Notes: a model not told the origin generated them from the sequence alone. Shown: positions 32,276-41,839, counted from the stretch's first letter. The stretch is 64,000 nt of DNA from Microcoleus sp. (GCA_052279835.1 CP181291.1:3168001-3232000), one strand, 5' to 3'. A program made the numbers and translations.

Positions 32276-33970
32276 TTATTTTTTCGATAAAAGCTTTGCC
32301 AAAACATTCCGCGTTATCTGTTGAGCTCCGCTATTCAAAACAGGCGATCGCAACTGTGGCGCATTATAATCATCCAATCCCCAGATCCACTGCATCGAAC
32401 CAGTAGCAAATACTTTCGCCCCTGAATCTGCCGTATAAACAGTCATGTCAGCATAGCGAGTCCCCCCACCGTAAGGATAGGGAGAATGGGCGACACGAAC
32501 TATATTTTTCGGGGCATTGCCAAACATTCGATCGACTTCATAACCCAAAAGTCCTGGCAACTTGTCACCCTGTTTTAAATCAGTTTTTTCTAGTAGCCAA
32601 TCCGGGGCGCTTTCAGCAATCACAATGTCGGAATTCACCTGAAATGTTTCGTACATCACACCAATTAAAGAATCTTCGGGGAGCCCGATCGCGCGATCGC
32701 GCCAGCGAGTTGTCACCAAAGAATCAAGTACCGGTAATTTATTGTAAGTAGCAGTTTCACCTAATTCGGCTTTGCCAATACCGTAATTTAACTCCCCGGC
32801 AGCCGCTATTTTTACAGGTACATTAACTCCACCCACTTCCTGACTCAATCCCCCCATCGGGTCTAGATCTGCCATTTCTTTATAAGCAACTACGGTTCGA
32901 TTCACTTCCCCAGTAATTCTGCTGGGCTCTAAGCGAATTTGCCAATAGCAAATATTCGAGCCAAAAAACCCGATACTAACGCCTTTATCTCTAGCTTGTT
33001 CTATATTTTCTCGCATATCCCTCGACCAATATTCATCGTGACCTACGGATAAAAATGCTTGGTGAGATAATAGCAAACGCGAGTTAAAATGGGTATCGAT
33101 ATTAGTTGCATAAGTGACATCATACCCTTCTTTTTCTAGCCACCTCAGCATATTGTATTCCCAACCAGCACTCGCAGTTCTCCTTTTTGGCTGAAAATTG
33201 GTTAAAAATTCCCCAGCCCCGATACCATAAGCTGCCTTGCGATTGGGACTCATACCGTAGGGTCGATTAAATGAAACTTTATAGGCTTGTTTGCCGCGAC
33301 TGTTCCAGCGGTAAAGGGATTTGTAGCCCCAATTGTTGTAAGCTTGAAAAGTAGTAACGCTGGATTGAAACAACAGAGCGGATTTGCGCTCGTCATCCCG
33401 GACTACAAAAATAATATAACTTTGCTTTCCCGTTTTGCTGCCAGTCAATTTTGCCAAATAAATCCCGCTTGTCCATTCATCTGTGCGATCGGGAATTTGC
33501 AAAATATACGGGTCTTGCCAATGGCACTCAATTAGTCCCGATGCTTCGTCTTCCTGTGGTGGTTTTTGTCTGATTCCCTTGCGAATAATTGGGTCATTCA
33601 TTCGCCTTCCGCCCAGCCCATTATACCAACCCATCCGAAATATGTCTATGGTATAATTAGGATCGTTAGTATTAACAAATAATTTAATTGATTCACCCCG
33701 ATTCACGCTGGTGAGAGAGGCATAACCTTCGATTTCTCGTTTGATGGCAGGATTTGTCAATTCCCAATCGGTTGTGCCTGGTTTTTGGTTTTCTAGGATG
33801 GTGGAATTAGTGGCGATCCTCTTCGAGGGCTTCGCTAACGCACTTTTTTCTAGACTAGAATAGTTTTGAGAACTGGCTGCTTTGTTAGCCAAAAAAGGAA
33901 GGGCTAAGCCAGTTAAGAAAGCTTTGATCAACTCTCGACGATGCAATTTGCCAAATAGGCTGACAGTCAT
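32276..33970 (-). CDS. N,N-dimethylformamidase beta-subunit-like (DUF6605-type) protein with twin-arginine-like signal
   Basis: The leader is HRRELIKAFLTGLAL. Family motifs are ENQKPGTTDW, IEGYASLTSV, TFQAYNNWG, VSFNRPY, SVGHDEYWS and VFATGSMQW. Confidence 0.8.
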   Translation of the reverse strand: MTVSLFGKLHRRELIKAFLTGLALPFLANKAASSQNYSSLEKSALAKPSKRIATNSTILENQKPGTTDWELTNPAIKREIEGYASLTSVNRGESIKLFVNTNDPNYTIDIFRMGWYNGLGGRRMNDPIIRKGIRQKPPQEDEASGLIECHWQDPYILQIPDRTDEWTSGIYLAKLTGSKTGKQSYIIFVVRDDERKSALLFQSSVTTFQAYNNWGYKSLYRWNSRGKQAYKVSFNRPYGMSPNRKAAYGIGAGEFLTNFQPKRRTASAGWEYNMLRWLEKEGYDVTYATNIDTHFNSRLLLSHQAFLSVGHDEYWSRDMRENIEQARDKGVSIGFFGSNICYWQIRLEPSRITGEVNRTVVAYKEMADLDPMGGLSQEVGGVNVPVKIAAAGELNYGIGKAELGETATYNKLPVLDSLVTTRWRDRAIGLPEDSLIGVMYETFQVNSDIVIAESAPDWLLEKTDLKQGDKLPGLLGYEVDRMFGNAPKNIVRVAHSPYPYGGGTRYADMTVYTADSGAKVFATGSMQWIWGLDDYNAPQLRSPVLNSGAQQITRNVLAKLLSKK

Positions 33971-34258
33971 TGGATTTTAGATGGGAGACAGGGAGAGGTG
34001 ATGTAGGCTACACATAACTTTACATCAGCCTCAGAAGACATCATACCTGGTGTAGATTATTTGCGATCGAACTTATGTACGGGCTGCTAAGACTCTGAAT
34101 GGGGATGTGTCGATCGCATTTCTTCACATATCATGTCTTAAGCTAAACAATTTTAGCTCGCAAAGCCGATTTGAGATTTTTGAGGTACAAGCCTGGGGAA
34201 ACATCCTAGCCACCTGGAAAATCTACAATCTAAAATCGATGAGCCTATTGATTTTGAC

Positions 34259-34308
34259 CCAAAAAATGGGATTCAAGCCCCGTCCTTCTAGGGACGGGCG
34301 AGTGTCAA
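34259..34308 (+). mobile_element. 50-bp non-autonomous IS200/IS605-family derivative (fused left/right ends)
   Basis: TTGAC (34254-34258) precedes CCAAAAAATGGGATTCAA and the hairpin GCCCCGTCCT-TCTA-GGGACGGGC, and the element ends GAGTGTCAA. Confidence 0.65.
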
Positions 34309-34331
34309 CTCCCTGTTACTTTGTACCACTG

Positions 34332-36284
34332 ATGAGTCAATCAACCAATTCCCCGCTATCTCAACCACTATCACGACGAACCGCCCTCAAATTCCTCGGA
34401 GTTGGTGCCGCCGGCGGGCTCCTGGGCTACTCTAGATTTTCCAAGCCAGAGCCCACCGTGTTTCAGCAAGACACCCTCGATTTACCGCAACTGCTAAACA
34501 CCCCCAAAACCGTTGTAGTTGTCGGTGCTGGCTTGGCTGGGCTCGCCTGCGCCTACGAACTTAGTCAGCGGGGTTTCGCCGTAACGCTGTTGGAGAAATC
34601 GCCCCAACTAGGCGGCAAGATTGCTAGTTGGCCGATTTCCGTGGGGAACCAAACTTTTATGATGGAACATGGTTTCCATGGTTTTTTTCCACAATACTAC
34701 AACCTCAAAAGCGTAGTTCAAGAATTAGAAATTACCGACAACTTTGTATCTTTAGAATCCTACGCAGTTATCTTTAGAGATGGCAAATACAAACCAGAAG
34801 TTTTTCGTCCTAATCATTCCGCTTTTCCTTGGAACATAGTTGACTTAGGGATAGCTTCTCCTAACTGGACGAAGTGGGGAATCAATCTGACTAAACCCGC
34901 CCACTGGCAAGTATTTCGGGAAATAGGCGGTTTTCAAACTCAAAAAAGTTTCGCTAGACTCGATAACATCTCCGTTGCTGATTGGGTAAAAGGTGAGTTT
35001 CCCCGCGGACTTTATGACTTGTATTTCCTGCCTTTTGCTAAATCTAGTCTCAACTCGCCGGATGAATTGAGTGTGGGAGAATTAATGCAGTTTTTCCACT
35101 TCTACTTTTTCGGAAATCCCGAAGGTTTAGCATTCAATGGGACGCGGCAAGATATGGGAACCAGTTTAGTACAACCCATTGCTAAATACATTGAACGTAA
35201 AGGCGGAAAAGTATTGACAGATGTGGCGGTTAGTAACATTCATTGGGAAAATGGCAAGATTGATTCCCTGAGTTACCAGTCAGGAGATGTGCAAAGTAAA
35301 GTACCTTTCTGGGTGAAGCAAAATTCACTGTTAAAGGACAGTAACGCCACGGCATATTTTGGGGCGGGAGATAGTGTGTATGCCACAGTACCGGGAGGAA
35401 AAGAGGCAATTTCCCTGAGTTGTACTCACCAGGGCTGCACGGTGCAGAAGCAGAATGATGGTCAATTTCATTGTCCTTGTCACGGAGCAGTTTTTGATGC
35501 CGAAGGGCGAGTGGTTAGCGGTCCTGCACAACGGGATTTACCGAGATTTAAGGTGGTTGCTAAAAAAGATAATGAGGTACAATTGGCAGCAGCATTTGAC
35601 CAGTCACTACCTCAAACTATAGAGGAAACATTGCAGGCTGATTACTATGTTTTGGCGACGGATGTGCCGGGAATGCAGCATTTGTTTAGTTTGGCTAGCG
35701 GTGAGGTGAATCCGCAGGTGCAGAGTCGGATTGAGAGTTTGAAAATAGCCGATCCGTTTGCGGTTGGTCGTTTTTGGTTCGATCGCGATTTTGCATGGGA
35801 ACAGAGCAATTTTAGCTCGCTTTCCGGCTACAAACTGACTGATAGCATTACGCTTTACCACCGCATTCAAGATCAATTCATCGCGTGGCACAAAGAAACT
35901 GGCGGCAGTGTAGTTGAGTTACACGCCTATTGTTATAAGGAAAAAGATTTTCCGAATCAACAAGTTTTGCTGGCTACTTTTGAGCAAGAGTTGTATGAAA
36001 TTGTGCCGGAATTAAAACAGGCAACTATGCTGCATCGGGAATTGGTAAATCAAAAGAATTTCTCTGGTTATCCGCCCGGTAGTTATGCGGAACGCCCGGA
36101 GACTTCCTGTGATGTTCCTAATCTTGTATTTGCGGGAGATTGGGTGAAAATGCCTTTTCCTTGCGGTTTAATGGAAAGGGCGGTTAGCAGTGGTTTGTTG
36201 GCGGCTAATGCTATTTTATATCAGGAGGGTTTGCAGAGGCGATCGCTCTTGACCGTCAATCCTGAAGGTGTACTGAAAATCTAA
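34332..36284 (+). CDS. FAD-dependent carotenoid oxidoreductase with inserted Rieske domain (CrtU/CruE-like)
   Basis: It has the leader SRRTALKFLG, the FAD motif VVGAGLAGLACA, EHGFHGFFPQY, Rieske motifs CTHQGC...CPCHG and FAGDWV..CGLMERAVSSG. The start is taken at ATG 34332. Confidence 0.85.
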   Translation: MSQSTNSPLSQPLSRRTALKFLGVGAAGGLLGYSRFSKPEPTVFQQDTLDLPQLLNTPKTVVVVGAGLAGLACAYELSQRGFAVTLLEKSPQLGGKIASWPISVGNQTFMMEHGFHGFFPQYYNLKSVVQELEITDNFVSLESYAVIFRDGKYKPEVFRPNHSAFPWNIVDLGIASPNWTKWGINLTKPAHWQVFREIGGFQTQKSFARLDNISVADWVKGEFPRGLYDLYFLPFAKSSLNSPDELSVGELMQFFHFYFFGNPEGLAFNGTRQDMGTSLVQPIAKYIERKGGKVLTDVAVSNIHWENGKIDSLSYQSGDVQSKVPFWVKQNSLLKDSNATAYFGAGDSVYATVPGGKEAISLSCTHQGCTVQKQNDGQFHCPCHGAVFDAEGRVVSGPAQRDLPRFKVVAKKDNEVQLAAAFDQSLPQTIEETLQADYYVLATDVPGMQHLFSLASGEVNPQVQSRIESLKIADPFAVGRFWFDRDFAWEQSNFSSLSGYKLTDSITLYHRIQDQFIAWHKETGGSVVELHAYCYKEKDFPNQQVLLATFEQELYEIVPELKQATMLHRELVNQKNFSGYPPGSYAERPETSCDVPNLVFAGDWVKMPFPCGLMERAVSSGLLAANAILYQEGLQRRSLLTVNPEGVLKI

Positions 36285-36364
36285 TGTTTTCAGCCTGACG
36301 GGGGCGGGTTTGAGAGATTAGACATCTCCGATAATTCTGGTAGGGTAGGCATCTTGTCTGCCCT

Positions 36365-38029
36365 TTACAATTTCTGTTCTCCAGTCCGAAAAACAACTAT
36401 TCCATTTTCTACAGCAACTAGATCTATTTTCAGCGGACCGGCAATATATGTAACATCAGTGGCGATCGCCTGAACCTCCAAAGGTTTATCATATTGTTGC
36501 AGGCGATCGACAAAACTAGCCACTGTTTCAATCCGATTATCCGCAACTTGGACTCTACCGCCGACAACACCAATCAAACGAGCCCGAAATTGGCAAGCTT
36601 CAATTAATTGCTGCAACTGCTGTCTTACCTGTTCGTCTTTTAAGACTAGGGGATCGATAGAAACTCCTGCAATCACATCTCCAGCCCGGAATACAACTCG
36701 ATTGATTTCGGCTTCGGCAAATACTTTGATCCGCTTTTCTTCCCGCAGGTAGTTAGCGCCGGCGACAATTCTGACTACATAATCTTGACCGTCTTTTATT
36801 TGATTAAGGAGTTGTTCAATTTCGGCATTGGTAATTTGAACTATCTGCTCTTTTACCTTGGTATTTCCAGGCTGCATGAGTCCGACAGTGGTTTTATTTG
36901 CTTCTTGCAATAGTCGATCGATGGCGCGACTGGCTAGGGCTGGTTCGGCGATGCGAACAACTCCCGCAGCTAAAATTTGGCCGCGCCTGATGGCAACAGT
37001 CCCCTCGCGAATTGCCTGAAAGTCTCTTTCTAAAACTTGTACTTGCTGTTGCAATAAAGCTTGTTGCTGTTCCAGTTGTGTTTGTTGCTCTGCTAGGGTT
37101 TCTAAGAGAGCTTCTCTTTCGGCAATTACTTTGTCTCGATCGACTATAGCTCGATCGCGATCGGCTAGATTTTGGACTCGCTCGGCAATTTCCTTGTCTC
37201 GCTGAGCAATTAGTTTGTTGCGCGAGCCAATTTCCTGGTCCCGCTTGGCAATTTCTTGGTTCCGCTGGGCAATTTCTTGGTCCCGTTGGGCAATTTGAGT
37301 TTTTACTCGCTCTCGTTGTTCAATTAACTGTTGTCGTTCGGTTTGTAGTTGGGTGATTTCTGAGCCTAAAGCTCTCTTTTGAGTAGAAACTGTTTTCAAT
37401 TGATTTTCAGTGCGATCGAGCTGAGATTGCGTGCTGGCTTTGGCTACTTCCACAATCGTCAGTTGTTCTTCAGTGCGCAACTTAGCTGCTTCCATCGTCG
37501 CAAGCTGTTTTTCGGTTTGAGATTTAGCTGCTTCTACCTGACTCAGTTGCTGTTGAGTTTTGGACTTGGCAGCTTCCACATTATTGAGTTGGGCTCGCAG
37601 AGACTTTAATTTGGTTTGGGTCTCGGCTTGCTCGGCATTAGCCATTTGCAACGAACGATTAATCTCTTCTAAATTGGCCTTAGCTTGGGCTTGAGCAGCC
37701 CAAGCTTGGCTTAATTCAGTTTCAACTCGTTTTTTTTCTTCAGTGGCCAGATTGAGTTCTCTGCGGGCGTTATTGAGTCTTTTTTGAATTTCATCTATTC
37801 TAAAAACCCCTGTGCGAAGCGGCTTGCTGGTAGCAAACAAGATGCCAAGAGTTGTGGCTGACAGAATGCTACCAGCCATCACTGTCACCACAACAGCAGT
37901 ATCGCGGGGGCGAAGTTTGAATAAACTTAATCTGGCCTTGCCGACTTTTGTCCCAAGGCGATCGCTGACAGTAGCGATCACACCCCCCAAAATTAAAATT
38001 ACAAATACTAGGATGTATCCAGCAGTCAT
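36365..38029 (-). CDS. DUF3084-family coiled-coil membrane protein
   Basis: It has GGVIAT.SDRLGTKVGKARLSLFKLRPR.TA and a long coiled coil. It lies downstream of ntcA, as is typical. Confidence 0.9.
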   Translation of the reverse strand: MTAGYILVFVILILGGVIATVSDRLGTKVGKARLSLFKLRPRDTAVVVTVMAGSILSATTLGILFATSKPLRTGVFRIDEIQKRLNNARRELNLATEEKKRVETELSQAWAAQAQAKANLEEINRSLQMANAEQAETQTKLKSLRAQLNNVEAAKSKTQQQLSQVEAAKSQTEKQLATMEAAKLRTEEQLTIVEVAKASTQSQLDRTENQLKTVSTQKRALGSEITQLQTERQQLIEQRERVKTQIAQRDQEIAQRNQEIAKRDQEIGSRNKLIAQRDKEIAERVQNLADRDRAIVDRDKVIAEREALLETLAEQQTQLEQQQALLQQQVQVLERDFQAIREGTVAIRRGQILAAGVVRIAEPALASRAIDRLLQEANKTTVGLMQPGNTKVKEQIVQITNAEIEQLLNQIKDGQDYVVRIVAGANYLREEKRIKVFAEAEINRVVFRAGDVIAGVSIDPLVLKDEQVRQQLQQLIEACQFRARLIGVVGGRVQVADNRIETVASFVDRLQQYDKPLEVQAIATDVTYIAGPLKIDLVAVENGIVVFRTGEQKL

Positions 38030-38037
38030 TCCGATTC

Positions 38038-38168
38038 CATAGCTTGTCTAAATCATCGAGCAAATATGTAGGGGTAGTGGATGGTGCGTGCCTACCCCTA
38101 AGCGATCGGGGCAACCGGGCGTGGGATTGCCCCTACAAAAATTACACAAATCATTTAGGCTGGCTATG
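38038..38168. mobile_element. MITE-like shell (catagc...ctaaat / atttagg...gctatg) carrying a GTAG REPIN-like doublet (38068-38136)
   Basis: It has imperfect ~17-bp terminal IRs. The internal gtaggggtagtg...tgcctacccc...ggggcaacc...tgcccctac matches 63867-63955 in reverse orientation. Confidence 0.65.
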
Positions 38169-38228
38169 AATTTGGGATTTGGGATTCAATCCCAAATCCC
38201 AAATCCCAAATCCTATAGTATCTCGGTG

Positions 38229-38894
38229 TCAAGTGAATTGCTGGCCTAAAGCCACCGGGTTATGGACTGTGATCTTTTTCTTGTGGATCGAGATCATTTT
38301 TTCTTGTCTGAGATCCCCCAGCAAGCGAGTCACCGTTACTCGCGTTGAGCCGATCGCCTCTGCGATCGCCTGATGAGACAACTTTAAATCAATCGTAATC
38401 CCTTCAGTACCGGGCATACCAAAATCCCGGCACAGAATCAGCAAAAAGCTGACCAATCTCGAACCCATATCTCGATGGGCCAACGTTTCGATCATCATCT
38501 CAGTTTGCAAAATCCGAGAAGACAATCCCCGCAGCATCACCATCGATAGTTCTGGGTCTTCCTTGAGGGCTTTTTCCACTTGTTCGATCGGCAATGAGAT
38601 CAATTCGACGGGCGTAAAGGCTACGGCGTGGTAAAACCTGTCAGAGCGGTGTCCTGTAATCAGAGACAGCACCCCAAATACGCTATTTTCGCGGAGAAGG
38701 GCAACAGTAATTTCTTCTCCTGCTTCATATACCCTGGAGAGCTTAACAGCACCTTTAATGAGAACGTAGACGCGCTCAGCCGGGTCTCCAGGGAAAAAAA
38801 TTGTCTTGCCCCGTTCAAAGGTTTCCACAATGGGTGGGAACGCCCCGCCGCTGATTTGGCGGAACACGGCTGCTAGCGGTCTATCATGGGTCAC
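38229..38894 (-). CDS. ntcA: Global nitrogen regulator NtcA (CRP family)
   Basis: It has [27 protein letters not shown] and the [28 protein letters not shown] 38894 has AAAGGA 7 nt upstream; an alternative TTG lies at 38918. Confidence 0.98.
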   Translation of the reverse strand: MTHDRPLAAVFRQISGGAFPPIVETFERGKTIFFPGDPAERVYVLIKGAVKLSRVYEAGEEITVALLRENSVFGVLSLITGHRSDRFYHAVAFTPVELISLPIEQVEKALKEDPELSMVMLRGLSSRILQTEMMIETLAHRDMGSRLVSFLLILCRDFGMPGTEGITIDLKLSHQAIAEAIGSTRVTVTRLLGDLRQEKMISIHKKKITVHNPVALGQQFT

Positions 38895-39098
38895 GACCTG
38901 ATCCTTTCTACTAATCAATGCTCTGTAACTTGAAAATTAACATTTTTGAGTAAATATACTTTCCAACCTCCTGTATTGGATGATTCAATAACTTCCATCT
39001 AATGTTAAGGTAAACACACACTGTATGATTAAATCTAGCCCTTCTCTTAACTTTTTCAATTCCGCCCCCAAGTAGCTCCACAGCCAAATTAATCTTAA

Positions 39099-39159
39099 TT
39101 GTGTCTCAGTTGTGTCTCAATTGTGTCTCAATCAGTGATATTTCAATCAGTTGTGTCTA
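39099..39159. repeat. 11-bp-period direct repeats (TTGTGTCTCA) in the divergent ntcA-fabI promoter region
   Basis: Copies occur at 39099, 39110 and 39121, with a variant at 39151. Confidence 0.8.
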
Positions 39160-39223
39160 AATAGGTGGCGTGGTTGAATCTAGCCAACGAGAACGGTGCA
39201 AGTTGCTTCTAGATAAACTACAG

Positions 39224-40000
39224 ATGATAGATTTGACCGGAAAAAATGCTCTTGTTACGGGCATTGCCAACAATCGCTCGATCGCCTGGGGCATTGCTCA
39301 GCAGCTCCACAAAGCAGGGGCCAATCTTGGCATCACTTATTTGAAAGACGAAAAAGGTAAACACGAGCGGAAAGTCGCTGAACTCGTGGAACCGCTCAAT
39401 CCCAGTCTGTATTTGCCCTGCAATGTCCAAAATGAGATGGAAATTGAGTCCACTTTTGAGACGATCGCCGACAAGTGGGGCAAGTTAGATATTCTGGTTC
39501 ACTGTTTGGCTTTTGCCGGCAAGGACGAACTCTCAGGAGATTTCACCAATACTTCGCGAGAAGGTTTCTCTAATGCTTTGGATATTAGCGCTTACTCCCT
39601 AGTACGGCTTTGTGCAGCGGCGAAACCCTTGATGGCCGAAGGTGGCAGTATTATCACCTTGACTTATCTCGGCGGTGTCCGAGTAGTTCCCAATTATAAC
39701 GTAATGGGAATTGCTAAGGCCGCATTGGAAATGAATGTTCGCTATCTGGCGGCGGAACTTGGCCCGTTAAATATTCGGGTAAATGCAATTTCTTCTGGCC
39801 CAATTCGGACTTTGGCTTCGTCAGCAGTTGGCGGCATTCTGGACATGATCCACCACGTTGAGGAAGTCGCTCCCCTGCGACGCACGGTGACTCAACAGGA
39901 AGTAGGAAATGCTGCGGCTTTTCTGTGCAGCAATCTCGCTAGCGGGATTACGGGTCAGATTTTGTATGTAGATGCTGGTTACGAAATCATGGGAATGTAA
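39224..40000 (+). CDS. fabI: Enoyl-ACP reductase FabI
   Basis: It has GKNALVTGIANNRSIAWGIA, YNVMGIAKAALE and RVNAISSGPIRTLAS. Confidence 0.97.
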   Translation: MIDLTGKNALVTGIANNRSIAWGIAQQLHKAGANLGITYLKDEKGKHERKVAELVEPLNPSLYLPCNVQNEMEIESTFETIADKWGKLDILVHCLAFAGKDELSGDFTNTSREGFSNALDISAYSLVRLCAAAKPLMAEGGSIITLTYLGGVRVVPNYNVMGIAKAALEMNVRYLAAELGPLNIRVNAISSGPIRTLASSAVGGILDMIHHVEEVAPLRRTVTQQEVGNAAAFLCSNLASGITGQILYVDAGYEIMGM

Positions 40001-40027
40001 TAAGATTCTAGGAAAGTTTTGAGTTTT

Positions 40028-40091
40028 GTAGGGTGGGTTAAGAGAGTAAACTTTAATTTTAATAAGTAAGTTGTATGCAAAACCCACCCCT
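40028..40091. repeat. GTAG REP-like inverted repeat between fabI and hisB
   Basis: The element reads gtagggtgggtt...aacccacccct. Confidence 0.55.
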
Positions 40092-40149
40092 TGCTTGAGA
40101 CTCCCCACTACAAAAATTCTCCGCTCAAATTACTAATTATCAATTACTC

Positions 40150-40809
40150 ATGAATGACAAATTGCGACTTATGGAAACAATCGATCGCCCTTCTGTTCCT
40201 CCTGTAAATTCAGTTAGCCTGCTGAGGGCTGCTTCGGTGAAGCGCACGACACTGGAAACCGATGTGAATGTGAGCCTGAATCTCGACGGTTCGGGAACTT
40301 GTAAAGCGGCGACTGGAATTCCATTTTTAGATCATATGTTGGATCAGATTGCTTCTCACGGATTGATCGATTTGGATGTACAGGCGATCGGGGATTTAGC
40401 CATTGACGATCATCACACGAACGAGGATGTGGGGATTACGTTAGGACAAACTCTCGCAAAAGCTGTCGGAGATCGATCGGGCATTTCTCGTTTCGGTCAT
40501 TTCATCGCCCCGCTAGATGAAGCTTTAGTTGAAGTAGTCCTAGATTTTTCGGGAAGGCCTCACTTAAGCTACAATTTGCAGATTCCCAATCAGCGGATTG
40601 GTACTTACGATACCGAGTTAGTGAAAGAGTTTTTTTCAGCGGTAGTGAACCATTGTCAAATGACACTGCACATTCGACAGTTGCAGGGTGGAAATTCCCA
40701 TCACATTGTGGAAGCGGCGTTTAAGGCCTTTGCGCGGGCTTTGCGGATGGCTGTGGCGATCGATCCGCGGCGCGCCAGTCGGATTCCGAGTTCTAAAGGG
40801 GTTTTGTAG
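40150..40809 (+). CDS. hisB: Imidazoleglycerol-phosphate dehydratase
   Basis: It has [34 protein letters not shown] and terminal PSSKGVL. An alternative start lies at 40171. Confidence 0.98.
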   Translation: MNDKLRLMETIDRPSVPPVNSVSLLRAASVKRTTLETDVNVSLNLDGSGTCKAATGIPFLDHMLDQIASHGLIDLDVQAIGDLAIDDHHTNEDVGITLGQTLAKAVGDRSGISRFGHFIAPLDEALVEVVLDFSGRPHLSYNLQIPNQRIGTYDTELVKEFFSAVVNHCQMTLHIRQLQGGNSHHIVEAAFKAFARALRMAVAIDPRRASRIPSSKGVL

Positions 40810-40988
40810 TATCAGGGTTTGTAGTGGCGCGATCGGGCTGCTGCAAACCTGTAAATTAAAATAGAGATATCAATAACAGGGTTTTCCATCAGCGTTAATC
40901 AGCCTTAATTTGCGTTCAACAAAAAGGGCTATCCCAAAATCATATCAAATCCGGTAGACTAAAGCATAAATTGTTGCAGATACTCGCT

Positions 40989-41441
40989 CTACTTTAGTGA
41001 ATTTACAGGTCGTTTTAAAATTTGTTGAACCACACCATAATAATTAGGATTTTCTAACCCTTTTAATTCATGTTGGATATCTTCCCAATCCCCTAATTTA
41101 CTTTTCCGCATACCATTCTTTTCTTGTATTGCAGCGTGTTGCGGTTCACCGTTATAGGTGTATATTGCTATCTTTTGAAATCCCGGTTCAATGTCACCAT
41201 TATCGCAACATTCATATCCAATAGTTTGATAAGCCTTGATAAAAGCATCCAACGTTAACTCTCTTGGTACACCATCGGGCCAGTATCCATCTGGGTCTAC
41301 CGGGTCCCATCTACAGTCCTCTTCGCCAGCCACGAAAGCAAAGCAATTATAATCAACTGTTTCTTCACTTGTTACTTCATATTCAGTATTCTCTAGATTA
41401 GGAAATCTCAAGAGTTTACGATATTCCAGCCTACCATTCAT
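40989..41441 (-). CDS. Hypothetical protein (DUF7689-like) with YNC...HAA...SKLG motifs
   Basis: 150-aa ORF with TS..T.DYNCFAF, YWPDGVP, HAAIQ and SKLGDWEDIQH. It overlaps the upstream ORF by 11 bp. Confidence 0.75.
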   Translation of the reverse strand: MNGRLEYRKLLRFPNLENTEYEVTSEETVDYNCFAFVAGEEDCRWDPVDPDGYWPDGVPRELTLDAFIKAYQTIGYECCDNGDIEPGFQKIAIYTYNGEPQHAAIQEKNGMRKSKLGDWEDIQHELKGLENPNYYGVVQQILKRPVNSLK

Positions 41442-41775
41442 AGCCGTGTTCTTTTCCCCATTGTATCCATGCTTGAGCCATTTGTTTCATTCGACCACGC
41501 TGTTCTGGTTTTACCGGATTATCACCAGTAATTGCTCTCAACGCCCAAAACCAATGATCTGGTTTTTGTTCGAGATCCCGGAAAATTAACGGTACAATAG
41601 GCTGTCCCATGCCAATAATTCTCTGATAAGCTGGGTGCATTGACTTTTGTGTAACTAATGACAGCATCCTTGTCTGGTCGCGCCATTCTTCTACGAGGCT
41701 ATTAAACTCCGCTTCGATTTCTACGTGACTTTTAATCGGGTATTTATAAGTTGTGATGCGATCGGGTAGTTTCAT
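41431..41775 (-). CDS. Hypothetical small helical protein, partner of 40989-41441
   Basis: 114-aa ORF containing HPAYQRIIGMG..VPLI.RDL...PDHWFWALRAITG.NPV. Confidence 0.78.
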   Translation of the reverse strand: MKLPDRITTYKYPIKSHVEIEAEFNSLVEEWRDQTRMLSLVTQKSMHPAYQRIIGMGQPIVPLIFRDLEQKPDHWFWALRAITGDNPVKPEQRGRMKQMAQAWIQWGKEHGYEW

Positions 41776-41839
41776 GTCAAGCCGTGGCTACTTCATAAAT
41801 CTATATTACCCGATCTTGGTTCTGCGGGCGATCGCACTA

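Noticed and set aside
34107..34331. 75-aa N-terminal extension of the carotenoid oxidoreductase ORF
   Set aside because: It runs through the mini IS605-like element. The RR leader after ATG 34332 is the more plausible N-terminus.
38919..39170. Expected autoregulatory NtcA box upstream of ntcA
   Set aside because: No GTA-N8-TAC was found by eye; only GTA-N4-TAC occurs near 38950.
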